Below, piece after piece: positions 1 through 9,700 of a stretch of DNA of 16,383 nt. The stretch's first letter is position 1, and each line of letters opens with the position of its first letter. Both the position numbers and the translations under genes were made by a program. This DNA is from Paraspadella gotoi (taxonomy: Eukaryota; Animalia; Chaetognatha): NCBI GenBank assembly GCA_051294375.1, contig JBJCIZ010000873.1, positions 1 to 16,383 on the forward strand. Direction: 5' to 3'. The notes beneath the pieces are model-generated. The model searched no databases. It saw only the letters and a program-made list of their open reading frames with translations, and was not told the DNA's origin.

Positions 1-60
1 ACCTATAAACTTAAATCTTTATCCTTAATTTCTAATTATAACCTCAAACCGGAAACACTA

Positions 61-490
61 ATCTTAATCCCCAACCTTAATCATTAACCTAACTCCCAAC
101 CTTAATCATTAACCTAATTCCTAACCTTAATTATTAACATAATCTCTAACCTAATATCTAACCTTAATCATTAAACCAATTCCTAATTTTAATCATTAAC
201 TCAATCTCTAACCTTAATCCCCAACCTTAATCATTAACCTAATTCGTAACCTTAATCATTAACGTAATCTCTAACCTAATCTCTAACCTTAATCATTAAA
301 CCAATTCCTAATTTTAATCATTTACTCAATCTCTAACCTTAATCCCCAACCTTAATCATTAACCAAATTCCTAAATTTAATCATTAATGTAATCTCTAAC
401 CGTAATCCCTAACCTTAATCATTAACCCAATTCCTAACTTTAATCATTAACGCAATCTCTAACCTAATACTTAACTTTAACCTCTAAACT
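61..490 (+). repeat. Telomere-like minisatellite of 12-13 nt units (TAATCNNTAACC[T]) with a 125-nt higher-order repeat
   Basis: Alternating units such as taatcattaacc / taattcctaacct / taatctctaacc. 90-214 and 215-339 align without gaps with about 7 mismatches by eye. Confidence 0.9.
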
Positions 491-537
491 TATTTTTTAT
501 CTAATTAAAATTAGTCTAATTCCAAATTTAAGATGGA

Positions 538-745
538 NNNNNNNNNNNNNNNNNNNNNNNNNNNNNNNNNNNNNNNNNNNNNNNNNNNNNNNNNNNNNNN
601 NNNNNNNNNNNNNNNNNNNNNNNNNNNNNNNNNNNNNNNNNNNNNNNNNNNNNNNNNNNNNNNNNNNNNNNNNNNNNNNNNNNNNNNNNNNNNNNNNNNN
701 NNNNNNNNNNNNNNNNNNNNNNNNNNNNNNNNNNNNNNNNNNNNN
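538..745. other. Assembly gap (208 N)
   Basis: Run of N. Confidence 1.
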
Positions 746-863
746 CCTCAAACCATCCCTTGGTTTCATCCGTCTGTCCGTCTGTTTGTCCCTCGGTCGA
801 TCTGTATTTCTGTCTATCAGTCACGTTGCTTTTCCTTTATATTTTAGCCTTTGTCTATCTTAC

Positions 864-949
864 TGTTTGTCTGTCTGACTCTGACTGTTCTTCTTTCCTT
901 TTTTTGAGGTGGATTTGCGTTCGGTTACTGCGTGAAAGATCACATCGAC
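864..949 (-). CDS. Candidate internal exon of an unidentified gene (clean copy of ~15500-15610)
   Basis: Minus-strand pyrimidine tract plus AG (ttttcttttcacctcctcccctacgaag) ending at 950, and donor aca|gtaaga at 863. Two frames are open: VDVIFHAVTERKSTSKKGKKN... or RCDLSRSNRTQIHLKKRKEEQ... The frame is undetermined. Confidence 0.3.
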
Positions 950-982
950 CTTCGTAGGGGAGGAGGTGAAAAGAAAAGTAAA

Positions 983-985
<3 letters not shown>

Positions 986-1018
<33 letters not shown>
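986..1018. repeat. (CT)n microsatellite abutting a gap
   Basis: Perfect TC dinucleotide run up to the N gap. Confidence 0.95.
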
Positions 1019-1043
1019 NNNNNNNNNNNNNNNNNNNNNNNNN
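1019..1043. other. Assembly gap (25 N)
   Basis: Exactly 25 N, separating clean sequence from indel-rich sequence. Confidence 1.
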
Positions 1044-1214
1044 GAGGAATTATGTCATTAATTCGTGTTCAAAATGCTAATTAGTATGCTGTTAAGTAGA
1101 TGAGAATTGGTGGCAACAATATAAAATTATTTATTTATCTTTAATAAACACAACGTATTGGCCAACCACTTGTTCCGATAGGCTGTGTTCTAAAAGGAAT
1201 TGATACTACTAACT

Positions 1215-4002
1215 TTATAAACAATGAATTAAAATCAAGAACTTTACAATATTTTTACAGGTAAGAAAAATGTAATCTTCCGAATACCAGAAACAACTGA
1301 AAGGTGAAGGAAAAAGACAATTTCGCTTCACCCTGCAAGATAAACTCGTCGTACGAAAAGCAGTTACATATCTCTTCTGGTGGCCTGCTGGATCGAGTTG
1401 TTCCACTTTTCATCTCGCGTCAATGTCATGTTGAAGTTCCGAAGATCGCCTCTTTCTCCGCGATCGGCCGACAATTGTTCGGACGATTTTCTGTGCTCAT
1501 CGGCTTATTTCGTTAGTTTGACAGTTTGCGGAAGGATTTCACCAGTCCTCGCCTCATGTCTGTAGTTGGAGAAAAGAACGTCCGCTAACGTGTCCCACTA
1601 GCCTAAGCGAAAACGGTTTAAAACCGGAGAATTTCTTTTCGGATTAATGACCAAACTAATGAAAAGAGAGGGGACGAAGGAAATTGTGAAAGTGAAACCA
1701 AGCGTGGACCGGTGAATTTATAATTAAGGTGAAGCGGTTGGAATGATAAAAAAAACGAAAAACGATTGAGGGGGGAAACAAAGATCATTGAGAAAAGAAT
1801 AAGAAAGTAACATATTGTAGAAAGACAAATTTATTAATTATTGTTAATTTAAAAAATTAAATAAATTGGAATACAACAACTTGTAAAAGATATTTCGTAT
1901 CTGCTATTGTGGTTTTCTTGTGTTTTGAAATGATGAGATGTTTTCAATATTTGTGTTCAGAAATAATTCGTGGGAATGGGGATGGAGAGACTTACAAAAC
2001 GAAGAAAAACAAAAGCATAATCCTTTTAAAAAATCTTGGCGATTGATATTTTTGCTAAAAAACAGACTTGTTCATTTAGAAGAAGGAAAAAAAAAGAGAA
2101 GGACGAGGAGGAAAAGTTCCGATCCATCTTTTTTTTTGAAATGGAGAAGAACAGAGAAAAAATTTCCACTTCAGCAATTTTGGCAAAAGTGATGAAGACG
2201 ACGGAAAATTTGAATGTTCTCAGGTGAGTTACATGAAGAGATTTGCGGGAGGAGAGAACTATATTATATATTGATGTTTTTTAATAGTAAATCCTTTTTT
2301 AGATTAAAGATAATATTTATTCTAAGTATTAGATTTGGATTGTCAATAGATTTGTAAAGAACAATAAGACAACTTGATTCGTATGAAAAATTTTGTCTTT
2401 TAAGGTAAAAAAAAAAGCTAAACCCTAGTAACACAAAAATACTTATTAAAGTTCTATTGTTTTCAGCAAACAGATATGTTTTTAAGATAAGAAGGTGAAC
2501 AGTTTCGAGAAGAAAACTAAATGGTCGAACGAGCTGAGAAATGTAAGCCATTGGTAGAGATCTTTCGGTCTGGCCCCCTGGAGGGACAGAGAGAGAGAGA
2601 AGAGAATAGGATACGGAGAGAAGAGGAGAGAGGAGTTAAAGGAGCAATAAAAAGATGCGGAACATTTATTGTTTCTCGTGAATAGATTTGCGGACAAAAC
2701 CCCGAAAGGAGGCTACCTGAAAAAAGGAGGAGGGAAACTGAAAACACGTAGAGGATGAGGAGGAGGAGGATAATGAGACGGAGAGAGAGAGAGAGAGAGA
2801 GGAAGAGAGCGAGAGAGAGAGAGGAGCAGAGGGAGAGAGAGAGAGGAAGAGAGAAAGAGGAGAATAGAGAGAAGAGAGGAGATGGGAGAAGAGAGAGAAA
2901 GACAATAACAGTTGAGAGACAAGGAGAGAGGAGGAAAACATAGCGGAAGAGAGACGGGGAGAGAGCGAGTAAGAGAGAGAGAGACGCGTGGTGGGGAGGA
3001 AGAAGCTGAAAGGTGGTTCGTGTTTGGCGGCGAAGAAAACAAATTTTGTTTCTCCCCACTTTTACATTTAACTTTTCAAACCTTTTTCACATAAAAAAAA
3101 ATGATCCCATTCAATCTCAGAAAGATCTTACTTTTTTGTGGAGGTGTATTTATTTCAGGAAGTAGAGCGGTGTGATCTTACCTTCTGGTTAATATGTAGA
3201 AATTTAATTGCAATTTACATTTTATTCGCGGATCCGCTTTTCAACCTAGCGGATAAGGCTGCATATGAAAACAAGTTTCATAAAGGGAGAATCAAATCAG
3301 TTCCAGTAGTAACACTCGGATCCAAAAAGCAATTAAGTACTCGTTCTTTATTGGCAGAACGAGAGAAAGCGAATCAAGTTTCTTTATCGCATTTTCCGTT
3401 CCTTTTCATCAGTCGCTGTTTCCATTCGTTTCCTGATATCGACGAGACAGGATGTCAGTCAGCCTGAGACAGACGACGGCGGTAAGTTCTTAATCCGACA
3501 GTTTTTTAAATCAAGACCGGGTAGAAAAATATTTCAAAATTCAAAATGTCAATGTTTACTCTTTTTTTTTTTATAATTCACGATTTCCACTCAGCAATCT
3601 AAAACTCACGGGATTTTCTAGAAAAGGAGGAAGCGAAAAGAAAGAAAAAATAATGATGTTGAAGTGTTGTTTTTTTTTTTTTTTGGCGCCAATTAAAAAA
3701 AGTCGATATTGATTCGCGGCCGAAAATGGCGCGCCCAAGGATATGTTGAAAAAAAAAACACTCTTGCAAAAAGTTAATGTTTTTTCGTCGGGATTTTTGT
3801 ATTATTTGAATAGAAAAAATTGGGAAGAAAGAAAAAGAGAAAGAAAGGAAAAAAGAAAAATAAGAAAAAAAAATTTTAAAAAGAAAAATATAGCAAAAAA
3901 AAAAGAAAAGAAGTATCAGGAGAAGTGAACGAAAAACGTGAAGAAATGGTGGAGGATGTCACCCGAAGAAGTCAGACGCGAATCAAGCACCGTAGGATCT
4001 TT

Positions 4003-4049
<47 letters not shown>

Positions 4050-7000
4050 CTCTGGTCTTTCTCTCTCGTCGTCTCTTCTCTCTCTTGCATTTTGTGTTCA
4101 CGCTTTCAAAAAAAAAAAGGTTTGCCCAAATAAATGAGAGGAATCCACGAAGAAAACGAGAGAAAGAAAAGCATAGACATCTTTTCTTTCTTCTTTTTTT
4201 TATTTGGTGCTTATGCTTTCTTTCTGTTCCCTCTTTTTTTTTTTGTTTCCTTTCCTTTTTCTTTTTCTTCTACATCACAGGCGTTTATTTCCTTCGTATT
4301 GTTTGACTTTATAACAAAAAATCTTACAGCTGTTTGGTAATTTTAGAAACAGAAGTAAAATAAGGAAGAGATCAAAATTAAACGATTTTATCTCGTGGAA
4401 AATGAAGTCAACTTTTGGTTGTGAAGATTTAAATTTTTTTGCTCTTATTTCATTTTTTGATTTTGCCTGCTTGGTACAAGTACAACAACATCCCGCGCAC
4501 ATCGCTTGTTTGTCTTTCCAATCTTGTAAAAATTATTATCCTTAATGTTTTGTTTCGTCAAATCTTCCGACTAAAAGAAGGTTTTAAACAACAAAACCCG
4601 ACAAAAAAAAATAAAAACGTATGTGAAGTATAAAGAAGTATGGGATATATTGCAAAGCATTGGTTCTGACATTTTATTTAACCTTAGACAGACTCCTCGA
4701 ATTAGAGTGTCACAGTGGACGAACCAATTGCACCGTATTTTTTTTTTTTTCTCTCCTCTAACTGCTCAACCAGTATTTTGAATAATTTGAACCTTCCAGT
4801 GAAAGTAAAATTGACCCACAACCACGCCCGGAACACTAGAGCCGCCGCTCTAGCCACGCGTGAGATCACGCCCCACCCGCGGTCCAGCCAACACGAGACC
4901 ATAACCACCGCTAGAGGCGAGGAGAGAGAATTGTGTTAATCGCACTTTCTTCTTTGTCTGTCCTCCGTTTCCTGTTTATGACTGAAATGACGATAAATCT
5001 GATGTAAATCTTTAAGGGAGGTTTCAAAATACGTGCACCCTTCTCTCCACGCTTTTCAGTCCTCGCCCAAAGGTCCGGCGTCCGTTTTCCTCAATCGGTT
5101 TTAAGAATGGGTACTTTTTGTAAAAAAAATTTTCAACCGCTTCTTGTTTAAATTTTCTAACGTTTTATTGCTTGTATAACGATAAGCAAACAACTCCTGA
5201 AGGATAGGTAAGTATCAGTTAATGAAGGTCCTCACCTGATGGGGTATCAACGAGTTTCCGATATGGGTTTGTTCCCTTAATTATGAAGTTAAAAGAAAAA
5301 ATCGACCTAAGTACGCGTGTATTCTATGTAGTAAAGCCTTTAAGTTTTTTAGCCCAATAGAATTTTGACAAATAGTGATAGATTATTTTGATTTGCCTAC
5401 TGGTATATAATTAAAAATATCACTCGATAATTCTCAAAAAAGATTTGTGGAACTTTCCCATCATCCAACGACAGCGATCAGATCTCGGCTCACCCCGCGC
5501 AGTTCACGCCCGGAAGTTCGCCCACGAGACGTGACAACTAAAATCGCGTTTTCCAGATCAATCACCAGTGAGATCACTGGCCGGAATCGCTCAACAGCGT
5601 CGGATTGTGGGAATGACGGTCGAACGTCATAGTGACCCGCTTCGTATGTTCAATGTAGATTTCGAGGTTGAATTCGATTAATTAAAGGGTTGTCCCTTCG
5701 TAAGCTCAAAGTTAAAAAAGCGTGATTGATAAAATAAAAATTTTCTCGAATTAAAATTCTCGAATCTGATTTCGGTCGTGAGTTCGGGATCACGCTGACG
5801 CTTACCTGACTTGACCTGACACTGACCTGACCTGAACCTGACCTGACCTGACCTGACTGACTCTGACCTTACTTGACCTGACCTGACCTGAACCTTACCT
5901 GTTCGAAGTTCACCAAATCCGTTTGCAAGAGGAGAGGGATCGGAAATGCGACATACCTCAAAAATCCGGTGGCCGTATTTTCCAAGAGTAACGCAAATTC
6001 AGCTGTAAATTCAGGAATTAATAATAGGTTTTCGATTTATAAAAATTAGCGTTAATGGTAATGGATTTGAGATTAAGAAAATTAAGAGTTAACGGTTAGC
6101 ATAATGTAGTATTTAGGTTAAATAGTTTAAGTTAAAGATTAATGTATCGTTTATATGGTTTTGGGAATTAATTGGGATAGATAAAGTTAGAGTTTAAGAG
6201 TATTTGGGGTTAAAGAGGATTTTAGGTTACGTGATTAGATTAAGCAATATTTATACAAAGATTAGTTTTGAAATTAAAATAAAAGGATTAGGGTAACATA
6301 AATAGAGCCGGCCCTTTCAGAACAGTGCCTTCAAAACAGACTCTCTCAACACTGGCGGGCAAAAAAATTCGGCAAATGAATTCCTCCGATAATATTGGAA
6401 ACTACTCGGCCCTTTCCTAACTCAACCCAAAATGTTTGTTCAATACGTCGCGAATCGGACGAAAAGACAATTTTCATAAACTCCTCTTTTTTTGGTTTCG
6501 CGGTCCCGGTTGTCCGTTCATACCGGGTCTGTCCATAGCTCTCTGTGTGAGTAAAATACTAATGATTATTTCATTCCAAATACCGATATATCAGATATGT
6601 ACACAATAAGCCCCAAAGAACAGAATTCTTTTGAGTGCTAGTTTTGAAAGGAAAAACGCCTTTTGACTTACATAATGAAATGTTTACCTATAAGATAAAG
6701 ATTGAGATCTAAAAATAATTGAACCTTTTACAATTAAGAAATTAATTTTGTTACGTTTTCTTAGATAATAATTATATCGTTAATTGACTATTCCGGCCCA
6801 GTTGTCCCCTCGCAAATAAATTTGACGTTTGCCTTTCTCTCCTATCTTCGCTGTTCTCTCTCTCTCTCTCTTCTCCTCTCTCTTCTTTCTCTTCTTCTCC
6901 TCCTCTTCCTCTCTTCTATGCCCGGTCCTCTCCCGTACTCGTTTTTTTTATTTATTCGGGACGCCCATATCTGTGTCATGCTTCTATATATATAACTAAA

Positions 7001-8867
7001 ACATAACGAGGGAAAGGAGCTCCCTCGAGGGAGCTCGGTGGGTTAGGAAGCTTAATTTAAAAAAACAAACAAACGAGAGAGAGAGGAGTGGAGAGGAGAG
7101 GAATGAGAGAGAGAGCGAAGGAGAGAGAGAGAGAGAGAAGAGAGAAGAGAAGAGAGATAATACATCGGAGATTAAGAATATGAATGGCAGTGCGAGAAAG
7201 AGAGAGAAGAAGACAGTAAAATAAACAGAGAGAGTTCAATGAACCTTATCAACATGGACTTCAGTGTAATAATACAGGGCGGTTGATATTTCGTGAAGAG
7301 TAGAGGAGCGTATTGTAGCTCCATAAAGTAATTGTTTTTGTGCGGTTTTGAATTTGATCTCTTTGCAATTATAAGCTTCAACTTTTTAAACAAATGCTAG
7401 CACGGTCCGGAATGAAGCTTTTTCCCTGGCGATAATCAAAAGAGGCTAAACAAAAAAACAAAAAGGGGAGAGAGCGGAAGTCAAAAGTGTCATACTTACC
7501 GGCGAACACAAACAATATCATGGTTTCGAGGTTTTTAGGACAAGCGCATAAAAAATATCTGAAAAAAAAGGCCAAAAGAAAAACAAACTCTAAAAAGTTG
7601 TCAATCACCAACCCGATCTCAAATCTCCTCATTTCAAAATTTTATTAAATACATTATGATTGATCTTTTTTCCCGTATCTGAAAAAAGACAAAAAGTTTT
7701 AAAATAAAAATGAATAGTGGAGTAAGATTAAGCACGTAATCGATAATCTGAATTAAATACGCTTAGACACAGTATAGCAGAAAAGACTTTGTAAATTTGA
7801 GTAAAGAAAAAAATTCGAGATGTTTTATTGCGGTGCGAGCAAGGAGCGGAGTCGGCTTCAATTCCTTAATCTTTCTATCTTTTCTTTGTTTTGAATAATT
7901 TTGGATCTTTGGTTCAATACTTAAGAATTTCTGTGAGGTTTCAAATCTTTCCGATTCTTTTGGTTTGTGGTGATGATCACTTTGTATTCAGTCCTTTAGT
8001 GCTTTGTTTTTTCAATATTTAAGATTTTTGGTTTAAATCTTTTAATTCTTTGTTTTTTTGTTGATTGATTTCTTTGTGTTCAGTTTTTTTACTGAACTCC
8101 GTTTGTTTCAAGTCTTTCAAAGTATTTGTTTTAAAAAAGTTTGATCTAGTGTTTCCGAATCCTTAACATATTAATGTTTGAGACGGAATGTTTAATTGCT
8201 TAACGGGGTTTTTATTGTTTGATACTATGAAATCTTTGTTTTTGAATCGTTGAATCTTTTTGTTTATTCGATCTTTCGTTCTTGTGTGTTTGATTAGTTT
8301 CTGCTCTTTGTTTCAATTCTTTCATCTTGTGTTTTTGGATCGTTTTTTCAAAAGTTCCTAATATTTTGATATAAAAATAATGCTTGTTTCGATATTAAAA
8401 CTTTAATTCTTTTCTTATCCGAACTGACAAATCTGCGTTGTGAGTTAATTCCTTCACGAACACGCTTGTTGATCGTTTTTGTCATCAGGGGTGTGAATGA
8501 GGGGTGCGGGAGGTGGTTTGGGCGTGGACGACGAAAAGGGTCAGACTGGAGGGGTCGCGTAACGAAGGCAGGGATCAGAGGTGGGTCTGGTAGAAGAAAA
8601 AAGGGGCGAAAAATAAGAAAAAAAGTAAATACAAGGTCATATCTATCGAGCTCGGATGTTTGAGTGATTCATCGACCGTCTCCAGTACTCAATCCGTCAG
8701 GCTCGTTAGTTCTTTTAGGTGCTCTCAGTTCTATCTCTCTCTCCTCCGTCTTCTTCCCCCTGTGACGTCCCCGTCTCATCTCTCTCTCTTCACTCTCTCA
8801 TCACTTTCTCGCCCTGCTCTCCTGTGTCTTCCTCATCCCCTCTCACTCGCTCCTCACGCTCCGTTCG

Positions 8868-8907
<40 letters not shown>

Positions 8908-9700
8908 CTCTCCTCTCGTCGTCTCTCTCTCTCTGGTGAAGATGCAGTGATTCTCTAGAAAAAAATCCTCTCCCGGAACATAACAACAACAACAACAACT
9001 AAAGTGATAGGGAAAAGACTGATCTTTTGTGTCTGCGGTGTTTACGCAGTGAATCGTGATCTGGTTCTTCCTGAAACGAATCACGATTCACGAATAATCC
9101 TTAGACCTGAAAAGATCCTCACGCGGCTCGCACCCCTCGTAACTCTATCTCTTCATCTCTCTCTCGTCTCTCCTCGGTCCTCTCGTCTCGTCTTCTTCTC
9201 TCCTCATCCCTCTCTTCTCTCTCTCTCTCTCGTCCTCATGTCTCCTCTTTTCTCTCTCTCCTTCTATGCTACCTTCTCTCTTTTCTTCAAATTTGTCCAA
9301 CCCACCCTGCCGCACACAAAACGATTTCAGCCTTCATAAATGTTTTTCGATATAAAAAGTTATTGGCTTCTTTATTTTGTGCTAATGTCGCCAGGAATCC
9401 GTTTTATTCCGGTTATGCAAAATTTGTATACCTCGACATATACAGCAGAGCGAAGATACAAACGCTAAACTCTATGGTAAATTTTTTGGCATTCCCATAC
9501 GAGATTATTAGATTTGACCGATGCTGTTCTGTTTTTTTTTTTTTTCCTTGCAGTCAATAGTGCACGATTTGGTTTTTTTGCTTTTGAATATTAAAGACAA
9601 GAAGAGACGGGCGCTAAAGTTGAGCTTCAATCAAGAGAAGTTTTTAGACTTTTCGGTTAATTTGTTTCGTTGCGTAGGCCTGAGTAAGTTGGGCTACTTA
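1215..9700 (-). CDS. MCOLN-like: Multi-exon gene, probably a divergent mucolipin/TRPML-like (TRP-family) cation channel; frames disrupted by probable sequencing errors
   Basis: Seen: many minus-strand acceptors and donors bounding GC-richer blocks, and AATAAA on minus at 1130-1135 after the last exon. Inference, compared with human TRPML1 motifs recalled from memory, in collinear order: KKFTIEFSVCIFALLY...KEANNFLYRKTFMK (~9490-9330; cf. KLMLQVVKILVVT...REENTIAFRHLFL); IFYAL..KNLE..FA|ASFDY...ASIC (7558-7390; cf. IFHAVDQYLAL..GRYAY..LALC); GIHLPNF.PASVERVCFEGTVL (~6385-6318; cf. [21 protein letters not shown]); LENTATGF...SCK (6002-5899; cf. FDNKAHSGR...ECK); AVENFFYKKY..FGRGLKSVERR (~5140-5040); AALVF.AWL...FKLFKILV (~4850-4770; S4 and linker); LVFFSKLF (~2520-2495; cf. 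LVWLFSQLY). Several matches need a 1-nt frameshift, and S5/pore/S6 placement is ambiguous. The 5' end may extend to ~10900. Confidence 0.45.
1332..1559 (-). CDS. Penultimate exon candidate of the minus-strand gene (hydrophilic C-terminal tail)
   Basis: Acceptor ttcttttctccaactacag| ending at 1560 and donor |gtgaag at 1331, then a 35-nt intron (1297-1331) and a terminal exon from 1296. GC-rich, with partial frames MRRGLVKSFRKLS... and RSSRPPEEICNCFSYDEFILQ. Confidence 0.55.
2430..2577 (-). CDS. Exon candidate, hydrophobic (possibly post-pore/S6)
   Basis: Strong acceptor ctctctctctgtccctccag| ending at 2578. Reads GARPKDLYQWLTFLSSFDHLVFFSKLFTFL. The 3' boundary is approximate. Confidence 0.4.
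2755..2985. repeat. Degenerate (GA)n purine tract
   Basis: gagagagaga-rich run. It explains the L/S-rich and R/E-rich ORFs here. Confidence 0.9.
4000..4086. repeat. Degenerate (CT)n microsatellite
   Basis: ctctctct run. Confidence 0.9.
4683..4910 (-). CDS. Exon candidate, transmembrane-like (putative S3 end/S4)
   Basis: Acceptor tctctctcctcgcctctag| ending at 4911. Open frame AVVMVSCWLDRGWGVISRVARAAALVFRAWLWVNFTFTGRFKLFKILVEQLE (ORF 4702-4908). Possible donor aag|gttaaa at 4682. Confidence 0.55.
4972..5196 (-). CDS. Exon candidate (putative S2-S3 linker)
   Basis: Follows a 39-nt GT-AG intron (5197-5235: gtgaggacc...acttacctatccttcag). Reads VVCLSLYKQ*NVRKFKQEAVENFFYKKYPFLKPIEENGRRTFGRGLKSVERR. 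The 3' boundary is approximate. Confidence 0.45.
5800..5900. repeat. (GACCT)n pentanucleotide tandem repeat
   Basis: About 18-20 imperfect copies: acctgacctgacctg... Confidence 0.92.
5899..6002 (-). CDS. Exon candidate (104 nt, open frame)
   Basis: Acceptor gaatttacag| ending at 6003 and donor cag|gtaagg at 5898. The frame EFALLLENTATGFLRYVAFPIPLLLQTDLVNFEQ is open throughout. Confidence 0.6.
6040..6295 (-). repeat. Degenerate inverted copy of the TAATC/TAACC minisatellite family (intronic)
   Basis: Repeated gatta/ggtta/ttagg motifs, including ggattagggt. Confidence 0.6.
6318..6542 (-). CDS. Exon candidate (putative luminal domain)
   Basis: Acceptor attttactcacacag| ending at 6543. Long open stretch DRETKKEEFMKIVFSSDSRRIEQTFWVELGKGRVVSNIIGGIHLPNF, then after a 1-nt shift in a T-run PASVERVCFEGTVL. 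No clean donor is seen. Confidence 0.4.
6835..6916. repeat. Degenerate (CT)n tract
   Basis: CT-rich run. Confidence 0.85.
7075..7235. repeat. Degenerate (GA)n tract
   Basis: GA-rich run. Confidence 0.85.
7245..7445 (-). CDS. Exon candidate (putative luminal domain)
   Basis: Follows a 54-nt intron 7446-7499 (gtaagt...ttttgtttag) and is phase-compatible with the previous exon. Reads ASFDYRQGKSFIPDRASICLK, then a shifted frame ...PHKNNYFMELQYAPLLFTKYQPPCIIT. Confidence 0.5.
7500..7558 (-). CDS. Exon candidate (59 nt)
   Basis: Consensus sites: long T-rich tract plus cag| ending at 7559, and ccg|gtaagt at 7499. Open frame YFLCACPKNLETMILFVFA. Confidence 0.65.
7862..8345. repeat. Degenerate ~15-nt tandem repeat (approx. 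GAATCTTTTGTTTTT)
   Basis: Recurrent (g)aatcttt/gattcttt + gtttt motifs with strong T skew. The period is estimated by eye. Confidence 0.6.
8730..8934. repeat. Degenerate (CT)n tract
   Basis: CT-rich run with a near-perfect core at ~8874-8902. Confidence 0.9.
8981..8999. repeat. (AAC)n microsatellite
   Basis: taacaacaacaacaacaac. Confidence 0.85.
9145..9285. repeat. Degenerate (CT)n tract
   Basis: CT-rich run. Confidence 0.85.
9306..9679 (-). CDS. Exon candidate(s): pre-S1 and first transmembrane segment
   Basis: Donor |gtgggt at 9305. Fragments LNFSARLFLSLIFKS, KKFTIEFSVCIFALLY and TLAQNKEANNFLYRKTFMK lie in shifted frames. The span may include a short intron around the A-run at 9532-9545. 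Confidence 0.4.

Noticed and set aside
61-490. CRISPR array or true telomere
   Set aside because: There are no unique spacers, and the repeat is internal and degenerate rather than a terminal perfect array.
497-847. ORFs spanning the N gap
   Set aside because: They are open only because N codons are not stops.
2517-3094. L/S-rich and R/E-rich ORFs here, and similar ones at 3916-4306, 7057-7239, 8660-8958, 9004-9339 and 13190-13486
   Set aside because: Translations of (GA/CT)n microsatellites, which lack stop codons.
3916-3995. Pore-like reading CLF.L..GDI on the minus strand
   Set aside because: It needs about five indels in 35 nt and has no upstream pyrimidine tract.
4836-5580. Short 7-bp hairpins (4836-4853, 5565-5580)
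   Set aside because: Expected by chance in 16 kb, and no RNA-gene or terminator context.
1330-6002. DEG/ENaC (ASIC-like) channel reading: ENTA(H)G.LRYV at ~5965, LVF(P)AVVV(C)NF at ~4830, AGHQK.DM at ~1380
   Set aside because: Each motif needs several edits. The gene seems to end at ~1215-1244 with a poly(A) signal, leaving no room for the Cys-rich thumb or TM2. TRPML explains more exons. Not strictly excluded without a search.
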